From Pelagibacteraceae bacterium AG-333-C14 (lineage in GTDB: Bacteria > Pseudomonadota > Alphaproteobacteria > Pelagibacterales > AG-422-B15), in the NCBI GenBank assembly GCA_003282485.1, contig QBZD01000001.1, positions 23,514 through 87,513 on the forward strand: a DNA stretch of 64,000 nucleotides, given 5' to 3'. Numbering within the stretch: position 1 is the stretch's first letter; each line of letters begins with the position of its first letter. Below the pieces are notes generated by a model that did no database searches, was not told where the DNA came from, and worked only from the letters and a program-made list of their open reading frames with translations. This document shows, in pieces, positions 42,330-53,185 of this stretch. A program made the translations under genes and the position numbers.

Positions 42330-43566
42330 CTTTATTAAACAGAAGTGTATGAATTAAAAATCCTATTGGCAAATAATATATTATACTTATCCAATTATTG
42401 AAAAAGTCTTGAGTGGGCAATAAAGGAAAAATAGAAAGAATTATGCAGGCATATAAACATAATGAATAATCATCTATTGACCGTTGCCCTAACACAAAAA
42501 GTTTATATATAAACAATGCAACATTAAATAAAATCCATCCCACAAAAAATATAAACATTGAAAATCCTATTAATCCAATTTCAGTTAATATTTGAATATA
42601 TGTGTTGTGTGGATGCGTTGAGCATGACATGGGGTTAGGATCAAATCTTTCCTCCCCACATAATATCTTAAATGAATCTGGTCCACTTCCGAATATAGGA
42701 CGTTCTTTAAAAATTTTATATGCACTTATGAACATATTTTCATGCTGAGGAGACAAAATATTAATTTTCTCACTCTCACTATCTAACCCAAGCTGAGTAA
42801 TAGTTTGATTAAAGTTTCTTTCTATAACTTGTTCATTTGTGAATGAAAAATAAATTACTAATAAAATAGAAATAATAAAAGTAATTATTCTCATCAAGCG
42901 AAATTTTGAAATAAAAAAAAGAATAAATAATGTTGAAATAATAAGAAGTCCAAATGCAGTTCTCTCTCCTGTTAAAAAAATCAGTACATCAGTAGTAATC
43001 AATAATATTCCTACATAAAGATAATTAAATTTTCTATTTCCATACAAAAGTACAAACATTCCTATGATCAGTGGAAACAGTCTGGCTAACAGGCCACCAA
43101 GTATTAATCTATCGTCTAAAGGCAGAAGGAGTCTAGACTCTTCTAATGATGAATATCCGATTAAATTAGTTCCAAAAAAGAATTGATAGTATCCATCTAT
43201 TAAACAATAAATAAACGTAGATATTAGAGCATATCCAAAAAACCTAATAAAGTTTGGTATTTTTTGAATAAGAAAAACTGTTGCGGCTATAAATAATCCA
43301 TATCTGAAATAAAAAAAAGAGCTTTCCAAAGAATGAATAACATTCATTGAAAGAAAAGAGGAAACTAATAAATATAAATAAAATACAAAAAATGAAATTA
43401 TGTACTTATTATTAATGTATTTCCACTCGGAGCGTAAACATATCAAATAGAAACAAAAAATAGAAATTAAAGATAAAAATAAATCTGGTAAAAAGGGTCC
43501 CGTTATAAGAGCAAATGGTAATAAGTAATATAATATACTAGAGATATATAATATTTTTTTTTCCAA
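42304..43566 (-). CDS. O-antigen ligase/polymerase-family membrane protein (Wzy_C-like)
   Basis: 420 aa with 10 or more TM helices and a larger loop with conserved-looking LTGERTAFGLL and H/R residues, typical of the WaaL/Wzy family. Confidence 0.55.
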   Translation of the reverse strand: MEKKILYISSILYYLLPFALITGPFLPDLFLSLISIFCFYLICLRSEWKYINNKYIISFFVFYLYLLVSSFLSMNVIHSLESSFFYFRYGLFIAATVFLIQKIPNFIRFFGYALISTFIYCLIDGYYQFFFGTNLIGYSSLEESRLLLPLDDRLILGGLLARLFPLIIGMFVLLYGNRKFNYLYVGILLITTDVLIFLTGERTAFGLLIISTLFILFFISKFRLMRIITFIISILLVIYFSFTNEQVIERNFNQTITQLGLDSESEKINILSPQHENMFISAYKIFKERPIFGSGPDSFKILCGEERFDPNPMSCSTHPHNTYIQILTEIGLIGFSMFIFFVGWILFNVALFIYKLFVLGQRSIDDYSLCLYACIILSIFPLLPTQDFFNNWISIIYYLPIGFLIHTLLFNKDDQNEMAS

Positions 43567-43732
43567 AATTATTTACAATCTTTTAGATACTTTCAAAGCA
43601 CGCTCTGATTAGTTAGTTTATAGTCTTTCATGTAATATTACATATATAATAATTTAATAAATAAGTATAGATTACTGAGTTGATAAGCGTTTTAATGGCC
43701 TAAGGATCTTGTAAATAAATTTATCATCTAAA

Positions 43733-45070
43733 ATGAGAAAACTTATAACTTTAATTGTAAGAAAACTTTATAAAAAATTCACTATTATTGACAATCTCAC
43801 AAATGAATATAAAAAAATCCAATTTTTAAGTGAAAATGAGCTTATAAATTTTCAAAGCAAAAGGTTCGAAAAATTACTTATACATTGCAAAAAAAACGTT
43901 TCTTACTATCGTGAATTTTTAGATAAATATGATGAAAAAAGTTTTAGAAATTTTGATATAAAATCTCTACCTATACTAACTAAAGATATTCTAAGAAAAA
44001 AATTTAATGAATTAAAATCAGATGATCTTCAAACTAGAGATTGGATGGTTAATAGTTCTGGTGGATCGACAGGGGAGCCAGTAAAAATAATTCAAGACAC
44101 TTACTATAGCTATCATTCTGAAGCTAGAAAAAATATATGTTTTCAATGGGCAGGTCTAGAAACTGGCGATAAATTAATAAAACTTTGGGGATCAGAAAGA
44201 GATATATTGGGCACAAGCAGATTATTAGACAAAATTAAATATTTTTTAAAAAATGAAATAATTTTAAATGCTTTCATATTATCACGTCCTATAATGAAAA
44301 AATTTATAAATATTATTAATAGTTCTAAGCCGTCAACCATACTTGCATATGCAAATGCTATTTATGAGTTATCAAATTTTGCTAAAAACGAAAATATTAA
44401 AATTTCTCATCAAAATTCTGTTATTAGTACGTCTGGTGTCTTGTATCCGTTTCTGAGAAAGAAAATTGAAATGGCTTTTGGATGCAAAGTTTATGATCAG
44501 TATGGATCTCGTGAAGTATCTTGTATAGCAAGTGAGTGCGAATATAGTAATGGTCTCCATATTTCAGAAGAAACTATATTACTTGAAATTGTTGATGAAA
44601 ATGGAAATGAATGTCCCGTTGGGGTTGAAGGAGATGTTTTAGTAACATCATTAGTTAATTATGCAATGCCTATCGTTAGATATAAAATTGGCGATAGAGC
44701 AATTATGGAATCAGGATCTTGTAAATGTGGAAGATTTCATAAAAGACTTAAAAATGTAGTTGGAAGATCAATGGATAATTTTAAACTTAGAGATGGTACA
44801 ATTATTCCATCAGAATATTTTATTCATTTTATTGGAGTTGTATTAAATCGGGGAATATTAAAAAAAATTCAAATTATACAAAGATCTTATGATGTAGTTG
44901 ATTTGTACGTAGTTTATTCTGATGAGAAAATATTAAGTGAAGATGTTCAAAATATCACTCAGGCTGTAAAGAAAGTGATGGGTAAAAATTGTAATGTAAA
45001 CATTCATGAAAAGAAAGATATAGCAGTTAATAGTTCAGGTAAATTTAGGTACACTATTTGTGAATTATAA
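43733..45070 (+). CDS. Adenylate-forming enzyme, phenylacetate-CoA-ligase/CapK family
   Basis: SSGGSTGEPVK AMP-binding P-loop analogue, YGSREV and GDRA motifs. This family recurs in capsule loci (CapK). Confidence 0.7.
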   Translation: MRKLITLIVRKLYKKFTIIDNLTNEYKKIQFLSENELINFQSKRFEKLLIHCKKNVSYYREFLDKYDEKSFRNFDIKSLPILTKDILRKKFNELKSDDLQTRDWMVNSSGGSTGEPVKIIQDTYYSYHSEARKNICFQWAGLETGDKLIKLWGSERDILGTSRLLDKIKYFLKNEIILNAFILSRPIMKKFINIINSSKPSTILAYANAIYELSNFAKNENIKISHQNSVISTSGVLYPFLRKKIEMAFGCKVYDQYGSREVSCIASECEYSNGLHISEETILLEIVDENGNECPVGVEGDVLVTSLVNYAMPIVRYKIGDRAIMESGSCKCGRFHKRLKNVVGRSMDNFKLRDGTIIPSEYFIHFIGVVLNRGILKKIQIIQRSYDVVDLYVVYSDEKILSEDVQNITQAVKKVMGKNCNVNIHEKKDIAVNSSGKFRYTICEL

Positions 45071-45071
45071 T

Positions 45072-45953
45072 TCAATTATTTTTGGAATTTAATGTAGATC
45101 GTATACTAATAAATATTAATGATAATATGAAACCAAGAATAGAGGTTAAAAGAGCAAAAACTTGGAAATTTACAAAAGGTTTTTTGGCGATAATAGATGT
45201 TGTATCAAAATACACTGGGAAATATGTAGTATCGTAATTTTTTAAAAGTACTTCAAGCTCAGTTACATCAGGTGTTGAAAGAAAAGCGTCACTATATAGA
45301 CCTGAAAGGACTTGAAGGTATTCAGCAGCTATATCACCACCACTCATTTCAAAAAAAGTACTAGTATTACTAACTAATTCTTCATAATTTCCAACAAATG
45401 CATCTATATCTTTTCTATTTGATGAAGCCAGATTCTTTGCAAGTTCATATCTTTCATTTAAGTTTTCCAATATTTGAGCTTTTAAAATATTTTCACTGAG
45501 TTTAAGAATTTGAACCGCATAAACTTCAAGGTCCTCTTTGTTACTCGATTGAGCTTCTAAATATATTTTTTTATCAAAATCAGTTACACTTGTGGAGTAT
45601 ATTATTGGACTATATTTTTTTTCAAAACCATAATCATTAATTTCACCAACATATTTATATTTAATAGATCGAATTGCCATTCCAAACTCTCTCAACATGT
45701 CATCAGAGGTCATATATTCACTCATGGGATTTTGAAGTTCTGTTGTAGGAAGTATTTCTACTTTGACTTCATAATTAATATTTTTTGCGACTGATGGATA
45801 AGCAATTAAACCAGCTATCAGGCCGAATAAAGTAAGTATTATAATTAATAAAAAATTTTTTCTTGTGATTAACTTCTTTATCACAGACTGAATATCAATT
45901 TGCCACTCTGAATTATCTTGCATTATAAATTTAGTATATTTTAATAGATGCAA
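45072..45953 (-). CDS. Polysaccharide co-polymerase (Wzz-like chain-length determinant) candidate
   Basis: Topology only: TM helix near the N-terminus (LLIIILTLFGLIAGLIAY), about 200 aa of helical periplasmic region, and a C-terminal TM helix (ALLTSILGFILSLIFISI). Confidence 0.4.
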   Translation of the reverse strand: MHLLKYTKFIMQDNSEWQIDIQSVIKKLITRKNFLLIIILTLFGLIAGLIAYPSVAKNINYEVKVEILPTTELQNPMSEYMTSDDMLREFGMAIRSIKYKYVGEINDYGFEKKYSPIIYSTSVTDFDKKIYLEAQSSNKEDLEVYAVQILKLSENILKAQILENLNERYELAKNLASSNRKDIDAFVGNYEELVSNTSTFFEMSGGDIAAEYLQVLSGLYSDAFLSTPDVTELEVLLKNYDTTYFPVYFDTTSIIAKKPFVNFQVFALLTSILGFILSLIFISIRSTLNSKNN

Positions 45954-46010
45954 TTTAGCCTAATTTGAACTATAAATAAACATGTTTTCCCTAATTCTTT
46001 TTCGATAAAT

Positions 46011-47183
46011 ATGAAATTTGCGATTGTTGGAACTGGGTATGTTGGCTTATCACTAGCAGTATTAATATCTCAAAAATACGAAGTTGTAGCCCTAGATATC
46101 TCAGAAAAAAAGGTTGAGCTTTTAAATAAAAAAAAATCACCAATAAAAGATAAAGAAATTGTAAAATATTTAAAATCTAAAAAATTAAATTTAACCGCTA
46201 CTACAGATAAAATTACAGCATATAAAAATGCGTCTTATGTGATAATTGCCACACCTACAGATTATGATCCAGAAGCTAATTATTTTGATACTTCTTCTGT
46301 TGAGGAGACTGCTAAAGACGCAATAAAGTTCAATAAAAATATAACAATAATTATAAGGTCAACCATACCACTAGGTTTTACAAACAGTTTAAGAAAAAAA
46401 CTCAAAACAAAAAAAATATTTTTTTCTCCTGAGTTTTTAAGAGAGGGTAAAGCATTGTATGATAACCTATACCCATCCAGAATTATAATTGGAGAGAAAA
46501 ATAAAAAAGCAAAGGAATTTTCAAAAGTTTTGCTAAGTTGTGCTGCAAAAAAATCTAAACAGGTTCCAATACACTACACAACTTCGGAAGAGGCAGAATC
46601 TGTTAAGCTATTTTCAAATACCTATTTAGCTATGAGAATTTCTTTTTTTAATGAACTGGATAGCTACTGTGAAACACATAATTTAAATACTTTGTCTGTT
46701 ATAAAAGGTGTATCTGATGATCCACGCATAGGGAATTATTATAACAATCCATCTTTTGGATATGGAGGTTACTGCTTACCCAAAGATACAAAACAACTCT
46801 TAATGAATTATAAAAAGGTTCCAAATAATCTTATACGAGCAATAGTTGATGCTAATTCTACAAGAAAAGATTACATAGCGGCGTCAATTATAAGAAAAAA
46901 GCCTAAAATTGTTGGAATTTACAGGTTAGTTGCGAAAGAAGGATCAGATAATTTTAGAAAAAGTGCAATACAAGGAGTAATGAAAAGAATAAAAGCAAGA
47001 GGCATACAAGTGATAATATATGAGCCATATTTAAAAGAGAAAACTTTTTTTAATTCTATTATCATAAATAACTTAAGTGAATTTAAGAAAAAAAGTAACA
47101 TAATTTTAGCTAATCGGTTATCAAAGGATCTTATTAGTGTAAGAAAAAAAGTTTACACAAGAGACTTGTTTCAAAAGGATTAA
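46011..47183 (+). CDS. ugd: UDP-glucose 6-dehydrogenase
   Basis: [16 protein letters not shown] Rossmann start, catalytic [12 protein letters not shown]-like ([12 protein letters not shown]) motif and a C-terminal UDP-binding domain. Confidence 0.9.
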   Translation: MKFAIVGTGYVGLSLAVLISQKYEVVALDISEKKVELLNKKKSPIKDKEIVKYLKSKKLNLTATTDKITAYKNASYVIIATPTDYDPEANYFDTSSVEETAKDAIKFNKNITIIIRSTIPLGFTNSLRKKLKTKKIFFSPEFLREGKALYDNLYPSRIIIGEKNKKAKEFSKVLLSCAAKKSKQVPIHYTTSEEAESVKLFSNTYLAMRISFFNELDSYCETHNLNTLSVIKGVSDDPRIGNYYNNPSFGYGGYCLPKDTKQLLMNYKKVPNNLIRAIVDANSTRKDYIAASIIRKKPKIVGIYRLVAKEGSDNFRKSAIQGVMKRIKARGIQVIIYEPYLKEKTFFNSIIINNLSEFKKKSNIILANRLSKDLISVRKKVYTRDLFQKD

Positions 47184-47188
47184 ATTAA

Positions 47189-48259
47189 TTAATCTATATT
47201 TTTAAGTACAAAATAACTCAAAACTGAAACAGGTAGAATATAAGATACAGTTAATATAATAAAATTATTTATAAACGTTAGATTACTAAATTCAGACAAA
47301 AATATGAATACAATACCTAGTAATAATGTCAAAAAACTTAATATTCCTGCAGAAATATTAGGACTATGAAAAATCTTTTGAAGTTTGTGGGATAGATGAT
47401 TTATATCCCCTTTAAATGGATTTCTTTTTTTTGAAACTCTAATAGAGAATACAAGTATTACATCTAAAATAATTATTAGAAATATAAGATTATTTAGCAG
47501 TAATTGATAAATTCCAATCTTAAAACTTTCAAACTCATAATCTACCCATAATACTTTAATGGTTAAGGCAGATAATATTGCGCCAATTTGGAATGACCCT
47601 ACATCACCCATAAATAGTTTTGATGGGTAAAAGTTAAATATAGAAAAACATAAAAAACATCCAAGGTAGGAAATGCTTACAATAAGATAGGCAATAGGAA
47701 AATCGTTAAGAAATAACTTAATTATTAATATAATAAGTATAACAAAAGAAAAAGATATGAGCGCTAGATCTATATTGTCAAACATATTTATTGCGTTTGA
47801 TATAAATACAACCCATAGAATAGTAAAGACATAATTAAAAATAAAATTGTCACTTATTGGAATGATAAAACCTGACCATATTAATAAAAAACCAGTGATA
47901 GTCTGTAAAAGTAATTTTGTTATTGGCTGAAGATTTTCAAATTCATCAAGAACTCCTGACAAAGAAGTAAAAATAACAACAAATAATAATCCTATAAAAA
48001 TTTTATATTCACTTGCAATACCTTTTAATCCAAAAGAAATATGATAATAATTTGGGGCATAGTTAAATATTAATATAAATAATAAAACAAAAATAATTGT
48101 TACTGTGAATGCGAGGCCACCAAAATGTGATTTTGTTGAGATACCCCAACGATCTATTTTATTCTCTTTCTTTGTTTTGAAACCAATAAGAAAATACCTG
48201 ATAATAATATAGCTAGTGATAAATGAAAAAATAAAAAAATAAAATAAAGTAGCAATCAT
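47189..48259 (-). CDS. Polyprenyl-phosphate hexose/HexNAc-1-phosphate transferase (MraY/WecA family, initiating enzyme)
   Basis: 10-11 TM helices. NAINMFDNIDL (a variant of NAxNxxDGxDGL) and FMGDVGSFQIG motifs. Confidence 0.7.
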   Translation of the reverse strand: MIATLFYFFIFSFITSYIIIRYFLIGFKTKKENKIDRWGISTKSHFGGLAFTVTIIFVLLFILIFNYAPNYYHISFGLKGIASEYKIFIGLLFVVIFTSLSGVLDEFENLQPITKLLLQTITGFLLIWSGFIIPISDNFIFNYVFTILWVVFISNAINMFDNIDLALISFSFVILIILIIKLFLNDFPIAYLIVSISYLGCFLCFSIFNFYPSKLFMGDVGSFQIGAILSALTIKVLWVDYEFESFKIGIYQLLLNNLIFLIIILDVILVFSIRVSKKRNPFKGDINHLSHKLQKIFHSPNISAGILSFLTLLLGIVFIFLSEFSNLTFINNFIILTVSYILPVSVLSYFVLKNID

Positions 48260-48267
48260 TAATTATT

Positions 48268-49173
48268 TTAATTCCTTCTTATTTTGTCATAATATTTAAT
48301 AACTTTTTTTATTCCTTCATTGATATCTATCTTTGGTGAAAAACCAAAATTCTTTTTTATAATACTATTTTCTGCAACAAAGGTTTTTATTTCATTTGGC
48401 CTTTGATCAACATAATTTATTTCAATTTCATCTTTTAGGGATTTAATTATAGACACAAGTTTTTTTATGGTAATATCTTTTCCTGAACCGATATTTATAT
48501 ATCGAAAATATTTTTTACTTTTAATGATATTTATTAAAACGTGAATGGTATCATCTATAAAGGTGAAATCTCTAGCCTGATTGCCGTCTCCTTCTATTAC
48601 TATTGGTTCCCCAGAACTTACTTTACTAACAAAATTCGGTATTACGGCATCAACTCCTTCCGTTGGACCATAAGTGTTGAAAAATACTAGTGAAGTTACC
48701 TTAAGAATATCATTGTACATCATATAAACATCAGAAAGATACTCATTAGCTACTTTACTAACCGCATACGGTGAGTGAGGCTTTAAAGTTGATTTTTCTT
48801 TTAAAATATTGTTTTGATAGCCAAAAATTTCGCAGGAAGAGGCTAAAAAGAATCTTTTCACCCCAGATTTAGCAGAAGCATTCAATAGTTTATGCGTCAT
48901 GTCAAAATTTTCAGTTGAATAATCCATGTTAAAAAATGAATCTTTAACATTTTTTTTTGCTGCAAGATGGATTATGCATTCAATATTATTTGAAATTAAG
49001 AAATCTGCATTAATATCTTGAACTTTCATTGCTATCAAATTTTTTTTTGGCGCTAATAGTGGCTTAGTGCTTAAATCATCCAATTCAATAACTTCAAAAT
49101 CATTACTGATTAAACTGTCACTAAGCTGTCTGCCTATAAATCCTGCTGCGCCTGTTACTAATATACTGCCCAT
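48268..49173 (-). CDS. NAD-dependent sugar-nucleotide epimerase/dehydratase (extended SDR)
   Basis: VTGAAGFIG Rossmann motif and YAVSK catalytic dyad. 301 aa. Confidence 0.8.
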   Translation of the reverse strand: MGSILVTGAAGFIGRQLSDSLISNDFEVIELDDLSTKPLLAPKKNLIAMKVQDINADFLISNNIECIIHLAAKKNVKDSFFNMDYSTENFDMTHKLLNASAKSGVKRFFLASSCEIFGYQNNILKEKSTLKPHSPYAVSKVANEYLSDVYMMYNDILKVTSLVFFNTYGPTEGVDAVIPNFVSKVSSGEPIVIEGDGNQARDFTFIDDTIHVLINIIKSKKYFRYINIGSGKDITIKKLVSIIKSLKDEIEINYVDQRPNEIKTFVAENSIIKKNFGFSPKIDINEGIKKVIKYYDKIRRN

Positions 49174-50045
49174 TAAGATGCCTCTAGTATTTTAGCTAGA
49201 TAGACCCCATAGGATGAGTTTTTCAATAACGAAATTTGTCTTTCTACATCTTCCTTGCTAATCCAACCCTTCATTAAAGCAATTTCTTCAAGGCATGATA
49301 TCATTAAACCTTGTCGTTTTTGAACAGTATTTACAAAATTACTTGCTGAAAGCATATTTTCATGAGTACCTGTGTCTAGCCACGCATATCCTCTTCCCAA
49401 AAATTCAACGTTCAAACTACCATTCTGCAAGTAACAATTGTTTAAGTCGGTAATCTCTAACTCACCTCTGTCTGATGGCCTTAAAGATTTTGCATATTCT
49501 ACAACATTATTGTCATAAAAATATAAACCTGTAATTGCAAAATTAGAAATAAAGGATTTTGGCTTTTCTACTATTTCCTTAGCAATATTATTTTTATCCA
49601 TTTTAACAACTCCATAATTTTCAGGGTCATTTACGTGATATGAAAACACAGTAGCGCCAGAATGTTGAGTGGCAGCATTTATTAACCGATTTGAAAAATT
49701 TTGACCAAAAAAGATATTATCTCCTAGGATTAATGAACAACTCTCATTATTTATAAATTTTTCTCCAATTAAGATTGACTCCGCAATACCCTTTGGTTTT
49801 TCTTGAGTTGCATATGAAAGATTAATACCCCAATTAGATCCATCACCTAAAAGTCTTACAAAATGCTCGTGGTCATTAGGTGTAGTTATAATCAGTATAT
49901 CTCTTACTTCTGAGAGCATCAGAGTTGACAGTGGATAAAAAATAAGCGGTTTATCATAAATAGTCAGAAGTTGTTTTGAAAATATCTTTGTTGAAGGATA
50001 CAACCTTGTCCCTGTTCCTCCTGCTAGAACTATTCCTTTTCTCAT
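49173..50045 (-). CDS. rfbA: Glucose-1-phosphate thymidylyltransferase
   Basis: MRKGIVLAGGTGTRLYP, YDKPLIFYPLSTLML and GLYFYDN motifs, plus the C-terminal RGYAWLDTGT. Confidence 0.95.
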   Translation of the reverse strand: MRKGIVLAGGTGTRLYPSTKIFSKQLLTIYDKPLIFYPLSTLMLSEVRDILIITTPNDHEHFVRLLGDGSNWGINLSYATQEKPKGIAESILIGEKFINNESCSLILGDNIFFGQNFSNRLINAATQHSGATVFSYHVNDPENYGVVKMDKNNIAKEIVEKPKSFISNFAITGLYFYDNNVVEYAKSLRPSDRGELEITDLNNCYLQNGSLNVEFLGRGYAWLDTGTHENMLSASNFVNTVQKRQGLMISCLEEIALMKGWISKEDVERQISLLKNSSYGVYLAKILEAS

Positions 50046-50063
50046 TTTATTTTAATTCCCGAA

Positions 50064-50996
50064 CTACAATGTAGATTTAATAAATAAACTTTTTAGTGAT
50101 AAAAGAGTACATACAATAAAAAAAACTAATTGATCTCTAACATTCCTTCTACATTTTTTCGAAGAATATGCCAGAAAAAGAAAGCTATAAAAATTTAAAT
50201 TTGACCATTCTATGAAAAAATCTTGATTTTTCTTTATAGTCAATGAACAAATAATTCTTGATTGTATAAACCAACTACCATTGAATAATAATCTAGCCCT
50301 TTTAAGATAGGCTCTAATTCCTAAATTTGCTCCAATCTCATTATTTCCATGCTGTAAATACTCCAGTGAATAAAAATCATCTAAATACCATTTAAAGTCA
50401 TACTCTTTTGCAAGAGAATATATAAACCAATCATAATGTTCTACTTTTTTTATTGCTTCAGCATTTTTCTTTAAGAATTCCTGTAAAAAAGCAGCAAAGT
50501 CTTTTCTAAAAACATAAGTATTGCCTGGACCTCCAGACTCAAAAAAATGGTCAAATGGTTTCTGACTGAAAGATTTGTAAATTTTTTTTCTCTTCTTATT
50601 TGGCCAAACAGCAATTACATTTGATGAATATGATGAAACATTTTTTAATTCTATTTGTGAAACAGCCTGTATTAACTTGTTTTCAAACCATACATCATCC
50701 TGATCTGAAAGAGAGATAAAATCATATTCATTTAAATCTATACTCGATAGCAAGAAAAAAAAATTGCTACAGGCACTCCCAAAGCTTATATCTTCTGAGA
50801 TGATTGAAATATTAGGGTATGTTTTCTTAAATTTCGAAATAACACTTAAAGTATTATCAGAAGATTTATCTAAATTTATGTGTATTGAAACTTCAACATC
50901 AACTTGATTGAGTATTGATATTAGCTGCTTTTCAATATACTTTTCTCCATTGTATGCTGCCATCAATACAGCTATTTTAGGTTTATCAGATTTCAT
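50064..50996 (-). CDS. Family-2 glycosyltransferase (rhamnosyltransferase-like)
   Basis: IAVLMAAYNGEKYIEKQLISILNQ start and LSDQDD (DxD) motif. Confidence 0.8.
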   Translation of the reverse strand: MKSDKPKIAVLMAAYNGEKYIEKQLISILNQVDVEVSIHINLDKSSDNTLSVISKFKKTYPNISIISEDISFGSACSNFFFLLSSIDLNEYDFISLSDQDDVWFENKLIQAVSQIELKNVSSYSSNVIAVWPNKKRKKIYKSFSQKPFDHFFESGGPGNTYVFRKDFAAFLQEFLKKNAEAIKKVEHYDWFIYSLAKEYDFKWYLDDFYSLEYLQHGNNEIGANLGIRAYLKRARLLFNGSWFIQSRIICSLTIKKNQDFFIEWSNLNFYSFLFLAYSSKKCRRNVRDQLVFFIVCTLLSLKSLFIKSTL

Positions 50997-52059
50997 TTAT
51001 TAGATCTAAGTATCTTTGTATATTTTTATCATACTTGCTATGCGTAGGAAGTAATTCATTTTTTGAGGTAATTTTGCTATTTTTTAGCTTTTCCGCTTTT
51101 AAAATTTTATTAAATAGTTCGGTATTGTTTTCAAATAAATATCCATTTTTTTTATCTTTAATTATGTCGGAATTTCCATCAATATTCCTAACTATACAAT
51201 ATAAACCTAAATATAAGGCCTCTAGCATAGCTCTTGAAACACCTTCAGTCTGTGATGGCAAAACAAATAAGTCATTATTTGACATAATTTTGTAGGGATT
51301 TTTAAGATGACCATGAAAAAAAACTTCCTGATTTAAATCAAACTTGTTAACCAAAAATTTTAAATGTCTTAAAAGTGGACCAGAGCCAATTAAATCCAAA
51401 GAAACTTTCCTGTTCATTGATTTAATTTTTTTAATTGCATAAATAAGGGCTATAGGATCCTTTCTTTTAATCAAGCTTCCACAATATACTATTTTGATAA
51501 TTTCCTTCGACGAAATTTTATTCTTTCTGTATTTAGATAATGATTCCTCATCAATAAAATTACTAATATTTACAATTTTTCTTTTTAGATTAATGGGAAA
51601 TTGATTTTTCATCTTATCATGCATAGTTACTACTACATTAAATCTACTAAGGGCATAAACATGTAGCTTAACTATAAAAAAATATAAATATCCAAATAAA
51701 TATTTATAGTCACGAAATATATTCATTCTTATTGATGATATTTTTTTAATATCATTTGGAAGAAGTGACACAAATATATCAGGGATGAGTGTAAATGAGA
51801 TTACTACTATTTTATCATATTTCTTTTTTAAATTTTTAATTTTATTAAAAAAACTTAGGTACTTCAGTATTTTAATATTGAAAAAACTTTTTAAAAATAT
51901 TACTTTATAACTATTCTTCTCCTTTGATTTTTTTTCTTCTAATGAAAAAACTGTAACACTATATTGATCGCAAATACCTTTTGAAAGTGCTAAAGCTCCT
52001 TTAGATGGACCTGAATTCCCTATTTTCGGCAAAAGAATTATTACCTTTTTATTTGCCAT
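50986..52059 (-). CDS. GT-B glycosyltransferase (GT4-like)
   Basis: C-terminal half GSGPL...LPSQTEGVSRAMLEALYLG is the E-x7-E region typical of GT4. Confidence 0.7.
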   Translation of the reverse strand: MANKKVIILLPKIGNSGPSKGALALSKGICDQYSVTVFSLEEKKSKEKNSYKVIFLKSFFNIKILKYLSFFNKIKNLKKKYDKIVVISFTLIPDIFVSLLPNDIKKISSIRMNIFRDYKYLFGYLYFFIVKLHVYALSRFNVVVTMHDKMKNQFPINLKRKIVNISNFIDEESLSKYRKNKISSKEIIKIVYCGSLIKRKDPIALIYAIKKIKSMNRKVSLDLIGSGPLLRHLKFLVNKFDLNQEVFFHGHLKNPYKIMSNNDLFVLPSQTEGVSRAMLEALYLGLYCIVRNIDGNSDIIKDKKNGYLFENNTELFNKILKAEKLKNSKITSKNELLPTHSKYDKNIQRYLDLINEI

Positions 52060-53164
52060 ATATATTTATGAATTCTTTTTGATATTCATTAGCAATCATT
52101 GACATATTATATTTTTTAGCTTGTATTTTTCCATTTTTAGCTAATAACTTTCGTAAATTGTTATCTTTATAAATATCTTGGATACCTTTAATTAATGCAG
52201 TTTGTGAGTGTGTTGGATATAATTTTCCACTAACATTATTTGTAATTATTTCATTAGGCCCAGATTTACAATTTGAACTTAACACCGGTGTGCCAAGCAC
52301 CATTGACTCGACAATAACATGTCCAAACCCTTCCCACCTTGAAGGTAGTATGAATAAATCTGATTTAGAAATAAGGTTATAAGGATTTTTTAATTCACCT
52401 AGTAGAAAAATTCGTTTCGTCAATTCACAATCAACAATTAATTTTTCTAAGGATTTTTTTTGACTTCCTTTTCCAACTATAAATAAGTAAAAATCAATAT
52501 TTTTCAGTTTTTTCAATGATTTAATTAGAATATCGTGTCCTTTTTGAATTTCCAAACTCCCCACTGATATCATCTTAAATTTAGATTTTTTGTTAAAATC
52601 TTTCGGAATCTTTATATTTAATTTTTTTTTACCTTCGTTTTTAATATAGCTAGTATCAACGGGGTTATAGATTATTTTAATTTTACTTTTACTTATCTGA
52701 TGTCTTTTTCTTAAATCTAAAGCTACACCTTTAGATAAAGAAATTACTTTATCTGCATTTCGATAACACCAACTAACAAATGTTTCTGTTAGATTTTTTT
52801 TTAATCCTGCAGCAGTAAAATTATTAGTTTCTCTAATAATTACTTTAGGTTTACTTGTACACAAATTTGAAGAAATATACATTGCAGCGTTTGGATAGCG
52901 CAATGTTGAAAATACTATATCAGGTTTTTCATAATTTAAATGTTTGATGATCTTAAATATTGCTAACCCCGAATTACTTACAGAAAGATTTATAACATTG
53001 ATATGTGGTTTAAGTTTTTTTAATAATTCACCCTCTTTTCTATAAAGCATTAATTTACAAATAAATTTTCTCTTATTAATTCCATTAAGTAAATTTACAA
53101 TTGTTCTTTCTGCGCCTCCAATATTAAGATTTGGAACAAGGAATAGTATTTTTATTTTTTGCAT
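52049..53164 (-). CDS. GT-B glycosyltransferase (GT4)
   Basis: N-terminal LNIGGAERT, and C-terminal LPSRWEGFGHVIVESMVLGTPV (E-x7-E). Confidence 0.8.
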   Translation of the reverse strand: MQKIKILFLVPNLNIGGAERTIVNLLNGINKRKFICKLMLYRKEGELLKKLKPHINVINLSVSNSGLAIFKIIKHLNYEKPDIVFSTLRYPNAAMYISSNLCTSKPKVIIRETNNFTAAGLKKNLTETFVSWCYRNADKVISLSKGVALDLRKRHQISKSKIKIIYNPVDTSYIKNEGKKKLNIKIPKDFNKKSKFKMISVGSLEIQKGHDILIKSLKKLKNIDFYLFIVGKGSQKKSLEKLIVDCELTKRIFLLGELKNPYNLISKSDLFILPSRWEGFGHVIVESMVLGTPVLSSNCKSGPNEIITNNVSGKLYPTHSQTALIKGIQDIYKDNNLRKLLAKNGKIQAKKYNMSMIANEYQKEFINIYGK

Positions 53165-53185
53165 TTCGTTTAATTGCAGAAAATA

